Positions 18,086-25,469 of a stretch of DNA of 64,000 nt are shown here, in pieces; the stretch's first letter is position 1; each line of letters begins with the position of its first letter. The stretch is taken from contig CALCLY010000036.1 in NCBI GenBank assembly GCA_937966555.1, positions 122,116 to 186,115 on the forward strand. The letters are read 5' to 3'. The position numbers were made by a program, and so were the translations under genes. The notes under the pieces are model-generated. The model was given only the letters and a program-made list of their open reading frames with translations, searched no databases and was not told the DNA's origin. The stretch is from an uncultured Clostridia bacterium. Lineage in GTDB: Bacteria; Bacillota; Clostridia; UMGS1883; UMGS1540.

Positions 18086-20026
18086 TTAGACCTCCTTAAT
18101 AACTGTCTTTTTACCATAGCCTTTCGGAACAAGATTAAGTGCTCGCATTTTATCTATAGCACGGAGCCATACATCTTTACTAAATCTCCTTTTACTTTTG
18201 TGCCAATTATTAAGAATGTCATTTATTACATCATCATCTGTAAATGTTTTTTTATCAATCAAGAAATCATTCCAAGCCCCATACAAAGTGGCAATAATCT
18301 CTGCTTGGTCTGTGTCAAAATTATCAAAAATGGCTATAATTCGCTCGATTTCCGTATTGTAATTAGCAAAGTAATCATTATAATACTTTTTATATTTATT
18401 TACATTCTTTGTGGCTTTATAAGATACACCATAATTACTTGAAATGATATTAAACCACTTATTATTTTTGCTTATTATTGCTTCACAGCTGTAAAGAGAT
18501 TTATCAAAAGGACCTGCCGCTTCTCTGGTATATTCTGTTTCAAAATTAAATCCAATATGCTGCTCTATCACATAAAGCGTTTTTTCAAGTTTTACCCTGC
18601 CTTTATTATTATTTGATGTAGCAAGAATTTTACTCATAAGAACTGCTTGTGCAAATCTTGATTTTTTTGCATTATAAACAGCAGGATATATAGGAATAAC
18701 ACTTATGATGATATTATCATTATTCTTTGACATCAAAGCATCCTTTTTTCCTGTCACATATTCATAGATAAGTGACTTTTTGTATTCTTCCAAATTTGTA
18801 ATAAGTTTTTCTTTTTCTAAAATGATATTGTCTATTTCAGCACATTTACTATCAAGAAAAGCAATTATTTCCTTTTGTGTTGATATAGATGTATATATTA
18901 TTGGAGAATTTTTTATTGCATCAGCACTCATACCCTCTCTGTTACCGCCTGTTTGATACAAATTGACAGACATTTTTCCCAATGAAGATAACCAATAATA
19001 GTGCATATACTCCGGAAACATTATATCCTGTTTTAATCTTATAATACTGACATGCTGATTTACATTTGCCTTGCCATAAGATTTATCATATATACAACAT
19101 CTTCCAATAGATCCTCCGGTTATGTTTAAAAGTACATCTTTATCCATAACTCTTGTATTTTTCATTTCTTCGTCTATTTCTTCTGAAATGTAAGTGGGGT
19201 CGTCTAATACAAGTCCTGTATCATAAACATTTTGACTTCGCAAGAACAATACACCTTCACTTGAATAAACATCTCCACCGCCTTTTGGCGTTTTTCCGCT
19301 TCCAACTTTTGTAACACAAGACTTGATTTTTCCTAACCGCCAATCAACAGGTATTTCACCTATCCACTCAATGCCGCTATCTTTCATTGGCACATTTTTA
19401 TCAAGTCCTTTTGTGACGGCTTCTGTTATAACCGACTGCTTATACTCCTTGTAATTTTCAATACTTGCCTTTGTTTCGGAAATGATTTTATCTATTTCTG
19501 TAACCTTGCTGTCAAGGAAATCGGCTATTCTTTTCTGTTCGGGTAACAGCGGAACAGGTATATAGTAATTCATCAGCGTTTCTGTCGATAAAGTCCAGCG
19601 GTTATCATAAGAAACCCCCTTGCCGTGCGCAAAAAAAACCATTGCCCAATATTGTGTTTTAAAATAATAATCATAAAATACAGGGTAATAATTTTTGTTT
19701 GCTTTTAAGTTTATGTAGGCAGGACTAATAACGCCATAGACTTTGGATATACTGCAATTTGCACCACTGTATAAGTCCATAGGGTTTAAAAGTAAATCAA
19801 AAGGTTCCACAGGGTTGTAATTATAATAACTTTCCGCAATCTGACCTTCTCCTGTTGATACATCTCTAACTTTAACACCGCTTCTTGCAAGCGAAAGAAT
19901 AGTAGGCTCTTCTTGCTGTGCTTTTTCGTTTTTTCTGGTAAAAGCATTTTTTACCCTGCCTATTTTCCACTCACTCGGAATATCGCCTATCCACTCAACG
20001 CCGCTGTTTTTCATTTCTCTTGTCAT
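18086..20026 (-). CDS. hsdS: type I R-M specificity subunit with 218-aa C-terminal extension
   Basis: Two TRDs are separated by conserved repeats (LPEQKRIADFLDSKVTEIDKII and STQKEIIAFLDSKCAEIDNII). The canonical part ends near residue 428 (YVTGKK). The extension occupies 18086-18742. ATGA overlap with hsdM. Confidence 0.85.
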   Translation of the reverse strand: MTREMKNSGVEWIGDIPSEWKIGRVKNAFTRKNEKAQQEEPTILSLARSGVKVRDVSTGEGQIAESYYNYNPVEPFDLLLNPMDLYSGANCSISKVYGVISPAYINLKANKNYYPVFYDYYFKTQYWAMVFFAHGKGVSYDNRWTLSTETLMNYYIPVPLLPEQKRIADFLDSKVTEIDKIISETKASIENYKEYKQSVITEAVTKGLDKNVPMKDSGIEWIGEIPVDWRLGKIKSCVTKVGSGKTPKGGGDVYSSEGVLFLRSQNVYDTGLVLDDPTYISEEIDEEMKNTRVMDKDVLLNITGGSIGRCCIYDKSYGKANVNQHVSIIRLKQDIMFPEYMHYYWLSSLGKMSVNLYQTGGNREGMSADAIKNSPIIYTSISTQKEIIAFLDSKCAEIDNIILEKEKLITNLEEYKKSLIYEYVTGKKDALMSKNNDNIIISVIPIYPAVYNAKKSRFAQAVLMSKILATSNNNKGRVKLEKTLYVIEQHIGFNFETEYTREAAGPFDKSLYSCEAIISKNNKWFNIISSNYGVSYKATKNVNKYKKYYNDYFANYNTEIERIIAIFDNFDTDQAEIIATLYGAWNDFLIDKKTFTDDDVINDILNNWHKSKRRFSKDVWLRAIDKMRALNLVPKGYGKKTVIKEV

Positions 20027-21795
20027 TTGCTTTCACGCTCCTCAAACAATGCTTTAAGCGAAGCAGTGATACTTGCCTCCTGCGAGCTTATAATTTCTGC
20101 GATTTCATCGGAACTTCTCGGAGCCTGATATTTATAAAAATATCTTGTAAAAGGTATTTCATAGCCAACCTTTGTTTTGCTTTTATCTATCCACGCCGCC
20201 GCATTATACGGTTTTACCTCTCTTGCAAAATAGCTGTCTATGTCCTCCACAAGCGGAACGTTTTCATAATCCCGTTTTGAAGTGTCGGGGACAGGCTGGT
20301 TTTTCTTGCCTTTGGTTACGATTTCTCCGTTTTCATCATACAGCGGGCTTTCAATTTGAATACGGTTAAAGCCGAAATCCTCATTATTGAAAATTTTGCT
20401 TTCACACACTTTTCCGTCAAAATCATATTCCTTTGTCCTGTAATCTCCGTAAACCTTAACGATAGCCTCACGGCATTTGTCGGTTATATCGTATCTTTTA
20501 TTTCCGATATTTTTTCTGCGCTGTTCCGCCATTTTGGACGCGTCTATAAGCTGAACCTTGCCCTGCCTATGCAGAGGTTTATTTTTTGAGATTATCCATA
20601 TATATGTTGTAATTCCCGTATTATAAAATACATCTGTTGAAAGCTGAATTATACAGTCGAGCCAGTCATTCTCTATCATATATCGGCGGATTTCGCTTTC
20701 GCCGCTTTCAGCCGCACCGGTAAAAAGCGACGAGCCGTTATGTATAATCGCCATTTTGCCGTCATCTTTCAATTTTGCAATTCCGTTTAAATCAAACAGC
20801 ATTTGCCCGTCGGATATTTTGGGCAAGCCGACGCCGAATCTGCCATTGTCGCCCAGAGCGTGCTCCGCTTCAACCTCTCTTTTTGCGGTTTTCCATTCGA
20901 TACCGAACGGCGGATTTGAGATGATATAATCAAATTTATAATTCGGAAATTTATCATCCGAAAGCGTATTGCCAAGCTTCATATTATCTGCATTGCTGCC
21001 ATGAATAAGCGCAGAGGACTTTGCAATAGCAAATGTTTCGGGATTTAACTCCTGCCCGAATGTTCTTACGTCAGCCTCGGAATCAAGAGCCTTTAACCGC
21101 TCCGTCATACAGGTGAGCATTTGAGAAGTACCCATTGTCATATCATAAACCGTCTTTGCAACGCCTTCTTCAATTAAAAGGTCTTTATCTTCGGAAATAA
21201 GAATATCGGTCATAAGATATATAATATCTCTCGATGTGAAATGCGCTCCGGCTTGTTCGTCATAACTTTCCGAAAATCTCTTTATCAAATCCTCAAAAAT
21301 ATATCCCATATCAACGGAAGTAATTTTATCTGCTCCCATATAGGCACTCGGTTTATTAAACGCCTCTATGACGAGGAATAAAAGACCGTTATTTGCAAGT
21401 TTTTTGATTTCGTTGTCAAATTCGTAATTTTCCAAAATGTCCTGCACATTTTCAGAATATCCCATTATATAATTGCGGAAATTATCTTCAATATGCGTTG
21501 CGTCTTCGGTCAGCTTCCCGAAATCATATTTGCTGATGTTGTAAAATGAGTAGCCGGCGGCACGCTCCAAAAAGCCGGATTTAACTTCAAGGTGTTTTAC
21601 ATTTTCGTATGTTTCCAAAACCTTATCCTTTGTCGGAATAAGGCAGTCGTTAAATCTTTTCAAGACGCAAAACGGCAAAATTACTTTTCCGTATTCGTGC
21701 GGTTTGTAATAATCACGCAACAGGTCAGCAACGCTCCAAATCAAGTTTGATTTTTCCTGTATATTTGTTGTGGTTTGTGTAAGTAATTCTGACAT
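20023..21795 (-). CDS. hsdM: type I R-M N6-adenine DNA methyltransferase subunit
   Basis: 590 aa. HsdM N-terminal domain and catalytic motif IISNPPFGIEW. Confidence 0.9.
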   Translation of the reverse strand: MSELLTQTTTNIQEKSNLIWSVADLLRDYYKPHEYGKVILPFCVLKRFNDCLIPTKDKVLETYENVKHLEVKSGFLERAAGYSFYNISKYDFGKLTEDATHIEDNFRNYIMGYSENVQDILENYEFDNEIKKLANNGLLFLVIEAFNKPSAYMGADKITSVDMGYIFEDLIKRFSESYDEQAGAHFTSRDIIYLMTDILISEDKDLLIEEGVAKTVYDMTMGTSQMLTCMTERLKALDSEADVRTFGQELNPETFAIAKSSALIHGSNADNMKLGNTLSDDKFPNYKFDYIISNPPFGIEWKTAKREVEAEHALGDNGRFGVGLPKISDGQMLFDLNGIAKLKDDGKMAIIHNGSSLFTGAAESGESEIRRYMIENDWLDCIIQLSTDVFYNTGITTYIWIISKNKPLHRQGKVQLIDASKMAEQRRKNIGNKRYDITDKCREAIVKVYGDYRTKEYDFDGKVCESKIFNNEDFGFNRIQIESPLYDENGEIVTKGKKNQPVPDTSKRDYENVPLVEDIDSYFAREVKPYNAAAWIDKSKTKVGYEIPFTRYFYKYQAPRSSDEIAEIISSQEASITASLKALFEERESK

Positions 21796-21820
21796 TGTAA
21801 ATTTCTCCTTTATTTATAGT

Positions 21821-23209
21821 TTAACGTATCATATCTCCATACTCGACCAAACTAACATTACCCATCTCACTTGCCTTATCTTCACAGCCTTTTGTAAAGC
21901 CTGATTTTGAGAACAGATAATAATATTTAGTTTTGTAATTGAACAGTTCGCTTCGTTTAACAAGTGTTTCCAACACGCCGAGATCGACCTTTTCGTTTGT
22001 CCATTTACATTCCGCAAAAAGGGCAGTGTTTTTGTCCTGCTCGCCCATAATGTCGATTTCTTCCTGACGCTTTTCTTTCGGATTATTGCCCCACCAACGA
22101 CCGAGAGCCGTAAACTCAACAGGGCAGTTGCCGGAAAGGAGCTGTTTCCACAGATACTGTTTACAGATTTCCTCAAAAACCTTGCCCATATAGTCCGAAA
22201 GCTGCGGCTCAATACGCTTATATGCCAAATCTGCGGCGCCGCGGGCGATGATTGAATTATTTTCAAACACGAACCGATACCAAAAGCGGAACATATTATC
22301 TTCAATCGAATAAACCGACTTTCGAGAAGCTTTTTCGCCGTACGGTGTTTCTTTCTGCACAATTCCCAAATTGATCAAATTTTTGAGATACATTGCGCAA
22401 ACATTGGTATCTTCGCCGACCTTGCCCGAAATCTCCGACATTCTCGACGCTCCCGTTGCAATAGCGGCAATTATCGCCGTATAGATTGCCGGTTCTCTGA
22501 CTTCCTGTTTCAAGAGGTTTATCGGCTCTTCATACAAGAATGAAACGGGGTTCAAAAATGTATCTTTGATATTATCCTCAACGCTCAATGCGTCATTAAT
22601 CTGCAATAGATACTGCGGAGTACCGCCGACAACCCCATAGATAAGCGCTTTATCTTCGGCAGTGAAATTTTTGAAGTAGCGGCAGGTTTCCTCAAAGTCG
22701 AACGGCAAAAGTTTTATTTGCGCCGTTCTTCTGCCATAAAGAGGTGCTTTATAGGCGAGAACGTGATCTTCCATATACGACATTGACGAACCGCAGAGAA
22801 TCAGCATCAGCTTTGATTTATCCTTATATTTATCAATCAAAAGTTGCAGGGTAGAGGCAAGACTCTTTGACGAGCGTGCAACATACGGGTATTCGTCGAT
22901 TGCAAGAATGATGCGTTCTTTTTCGGCAAGTCGGAACACATATTCGAGTGCCGATTGAAACGACGAGAATATGCTGTCAATCTCCGTACCGCTGACATAC
23001 TCCATAATGCTCTTTGAAAAATTTTCGAGATTTTGCTTTGCATTACTCTCAACACCCATAAAATAAATAGCATTTTTATCATCAATAAATTTGTTGATAA
23101 GTGCGGTTTTACCCACACGGCGTCTGCCATAGATAACCGCAAATTCAAATTTATCCGATTTGTATAATCTTTCAAGAGCTGAAAGCTCTCGCTGTCTGCC
23201 TATAAACAT
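21821..23209 (-). CDS. AAA-type ATPase with DUF234-like C-terminal nuclease-fold domain
   Basis: FIGRQRELSALERLY...FAVIYGRRRVGKTALI (Walker A) and ILAIDEYPY (Walker B). C-terminus has EIDIMGE...ALFAECKW, a D..ExK-like motif. It lies 25 nt upstream of hsdM. Confidence 0.75.
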   Translation of the reverse strand: MFIGRQRELSALERLYKSDKFEFAVIYGRRRVGKTALINKFIDDKNAIYFMGVESNAKQNLENFSKSIMEYVSGTEIDSIFSSFQSALEYVFRLAEKERIILAIDEYPYVARSSKSLASTLQLLIDKYKDKSKLMLILCGSSMSYMEDHVLAYKAPLYGRRTAQIKLLPFDFEETCRYFKNFTAEDKALIYGVVGGTPQYLLQINDALSVEDNIKDTFLNPVSFLYEEPINLLKQEVREPAIYTAIIAAIATGASRMSEISGKVGEDTNVCAMYLKNLINLGIVQKETPYGEKASRKSVYSIEDNMFRFWYRFVFENNSIIARGAADLAYKRIEPQLSDYMGKVFEEICKQYLWKQLLSGNCPVEFTALGRWWGNNPKEKRQEEIDIMGEQDKNTALFAECKWTNEKVDLGVLETLVKRSELFNYKTKYYYLFSKSGFTKGCEDKASEMGNVSLVEYGDMIR

Positions 23210-23237
23210 AATTCAACCTCCAATTCGAGTTATTATC

Positions 23238-23266
23238 ATTATATCATAATTTTTATAAATAGTCAA
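23238..23266 (-). promoter_or_regulatory. near-consensus sigma-A promoter for the ATPase-hsdMSR operon
   Basis: Minus strand reads TTGACT (23266-23261), a 17-nt spacer ending TGa, then TATAAT (23243-23238). GGAGG RBS precedes ATG 23209. Confidence 0.55.
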
Positions 23267-23334
23267 GTGTAATTGAGTAACTTATAATTTGATAAATGTG
23301 TTTTACTTATAACTCCGAACACATCTCCAAACAT

Positions 23335-24030
23335 CTATTCAATATGCTCGCTGTTGATTTTTAATAACTGCGACTTTACAACCTCTCTTGAGAAATCATT
23401 TCCGGCGATGCGTACCGTTTTGGAATTACCGCATATAGTTTCCGCCATAACACTCACAAGTTCATCAAGTATATCGCCGCTGTACCTCTCGCAAAGAATG
23501 TCATAATCAATATTTTCTTTTATCCGATTCGTCATCGCATCTATCTCGTTTTCTGTGATTGATAGATTGATGTTGTTAAAAGAATTATTAATATTTTTAT
23601 TTATATATTGATTGGGTGCACACTGTTCACTGCGTGGTGCAGATATTTCACTACCCGGTAGTGAAGGCTGTTCATCAGGTGGTGAATTATATTAATTACC
23701 CTGTGGTGCAGGCATTTCACCGGGCAGAGAAAAATCAGGTATTCCGATAAGCACTTCATAGTCGTTAGCTGTATGATCACCCTTGCTGCTTCTTCGTTCA
23801 GTCTTTTTTATGCAGCCCAATGTCACAAGCTCGCTTATAATATCAATAACCTTTCGCCTGCTGATTCCGCTGTCATCAGCAATCGTCTGATAAGACGGAA
23901 AGGCAATATTACTGCTGTTTGAATAACTGCAAATTACGCTGAGAACCACCTTGTGCAGCGGCTTTAATGTATGGCTCCTCAAAATATTATTCGGCATTTG
24001 TGTAAATCCCGTATCGTATGTAATTTTCAT
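23335..24030 (-). pseudogene. replication-initiator-like gene (wHTH plus DUF6017-like) interrupted by one in-frame TAA
   Basis: ORFs 23692-24030 and 23335-23535 are in the same frame. My codon-by-codon read of 23536-23691 found no other stop. The only interruption is TAA at 23692-23694. Confidence 0.5.
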
Positions 24031-24245
24031 TCTCGCTCAACTCCTTCCGGGTAAACATATTCGGCAAGCACAAGTTCCTCCGCATAATGCCTTGCAAAAT
24101 TCATACGCCGAACCCATTCCATTTGGTCGGTGCAAGTCGAACCGATGCTTTTTCTGAATTTGCTTATGATGTCATCATAATAGTTTATGACTGCATAGTA
24201 CAGTCCTTTCTTCTCTCGTATAGTTCCTGTTACATTTTTGCTCAA
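24027..24245 (-). CDS. small protein resembling an integrase arm-binding N-terminus (possible remnant)
   Basis: 72 aa. GTIREKKGLYYAVINYYD..KFRKSIGST resembles the GSIrKr..W.a.i.y....Krk..stG pattern. TTG start with GGAGG 8 nt upstream. ATGA overlap with the next gene. Confidence 0.3.
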   Translation of the reverse strand: MSKNVTGTIREKKGLYYAVINYYDDIISKFRKSIGSTCTDQMEWVRRMNFARHYAEELVLAEYVYPEGVERE

Positions 24246-24336
24246 TTTTTAGACCTCCTTTGTTTTTTGAGAGAAAAAACAAACACCTATCATTGACATT
24301 ACTATTATATCAACAATAGGTACCAAACGCAAAAAA

Positions 24337-24528
24337 TCACGATGTTGTTTTATTTTTTCTCATCAAGAAATCAACTACACTGATTTTTGTTATACAATAC
24401 TCTCGACCGACTTTTATACTTTCGATTTTGTTTTCACGAAGTAATTTATATCCTGTTTTTGTACTTATACCGCCGAGAACTTCGCACATATCTTTAATTT
24501 TCAGCACATCGGGATAATTTTTCATCAT
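24337..24528 (-). CDS. excisionase-family HTH DNA-binding protein
   Basis: 63 aa. LKIKDMCEVLGGISTKTGYKLLRENKIESIKVGREYCITKISVVDFL matches the excisionase/MerR-like HTH pattern. Confidence 0.6.
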   Translation of the reverse strand: MMKNYPDVLKIKDMCEVLGGISTKTGYKLLRENKIESIKVGREYCITKISVVDFLMRKNKTTS

Positions 24529-24796
24529 TGAAAGAAGGATGAAGTAGAAGCAAAAACTATCGTCTTGGCGTATCTGCCGCTTGGCTCGTCCATACCGGAA
24601 TGTATCTGTTGCCGTTATACTGCACCGCCGTTATCTTGCGTGCTTTCTTTGTAAAAAATTATATTGCGGTTTTGGGCATTGAAAACTTATTGATGATGTT
24701 GCTCGCAATGTTTTTCTCCGGCTGGTCGAGAGTGTCTATAATTTCAGTAAGCACTCTTTCTTCATCATAGGATAAATACCGGAAAACTCTGTTGTG

Positions 24797-25039
24797 TTAA
24801 GCCTCCATCAAGAATATTCCGCCGTTTACACCGCTTTTTACACGGATGGGAGCGTAACGACCTAAAAAGGTAATATCGTTATATACCGTGTTTTTATGTA
24901 CGGAATACCTTTTTGATAATTCGGACAAAGTAACTTTTTTTGAACTTATTATAAAAAACAGGATTTCTATCCGTCTTTCAAAGGTAGACAATTTACCTGT
25001 CACAGCCGTTACACCTCCTTCCAAAAAACATTCTAACAT
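24797..25039 (-). CDS. HTH (DeoR/YafY-like N-terminal) protein, possibly truncated
   Basis: 80 aa. RRIEILFFIISSKKVTLSELSKRYSVHKNTVYNDITFL. Confidence 0.4.
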   Translation of the reverse strand: MLECFLEGGVTAVTGKLSTFERRIEILFFIISSKKVTLSELSKRYSVHKNTVYNDITFLGRYAPIRVKSGVNGGIFLMEA

Positions 25040-25361
25040 TTAATGTCACAAGCTCATTGTAACTTTCAAAAAATAATTTCATAATTTCACCCTTTTGTGT
25101 AAATTTTGTTGAATTTGCACAAGAGAGAGGCGGAGCACGGCTGTGATACGGTGGCGGTTTTCTGTGATGTTTTCCCGAAGATTTGCGGTTATGTCCTTTA
25201 GGCTTATGCTTTTTGCGCTTTGCTCTGTGCTTCATAAAGTGTCCTCCGTGCCGCAGGGCATATCCGACAAAAAGCATAATTTTGTCCTATGCAGGGCAAT
25301 TTTTTGTTTATGCGGTAATCGCTTTCGCTTCCTTTGCTTTGTAATATCATATAAAAAGGCA

Positions 25362-25411
25362 CAAAAAAAGCCGCCCGGCAATAAAGGCGTTTTGCCTCTA
25401 TACCGGGCGGC
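25362..25411 (-). terminator. rho-independent terminator of the SLH surface-protein gene
   Basis: GCCGCCCGG (25370-25378) pairs with CCGGGCGGC (25403-25411). On the minus strand the hairpin is followed by T7 (plus-strand A-run 25363-25369). Confidence 0.65.
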
Positions 25412-25469
25412 CTGCTGTGCCGTCGTTTGTCCTCATTTTAAGAGAACGGTTTTAATATTAAGCTTTGTT

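Larger units (their letters stand above)
14110..25450. mobile_element. decayed tRNA-Ser-adjacent island carrying type I R-M cargo
   Basis: Starts directly 3' of the tRNA. Contains a DUF6076-like gene, an excisionase-like HTH, an integrase arm-domain-like stub and a replication-like gene split by a stop. No intact integrase is present. Visibly AT-rich. The right limit is uncertain. Confidence 0.4.

Noticed and set aside
19631-19638. A8/T8 homopolymer inside hsdS TRD1 as a phase-variable tract
   Set aside because: Eight bases is short for efficient slippage. The frame is intact, and there is no second hsdS copy or invertase to suggest shufflon-type variation.
24993-25277. 94-aa highly basic ORF (..KRKKHKPKGHNRKSSGKHHRK..)
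   Set aside because: It has no RBS, a low-complexity sequence and overlaps the HTH gene. It lies in decayed island sequence and is likely spurious.
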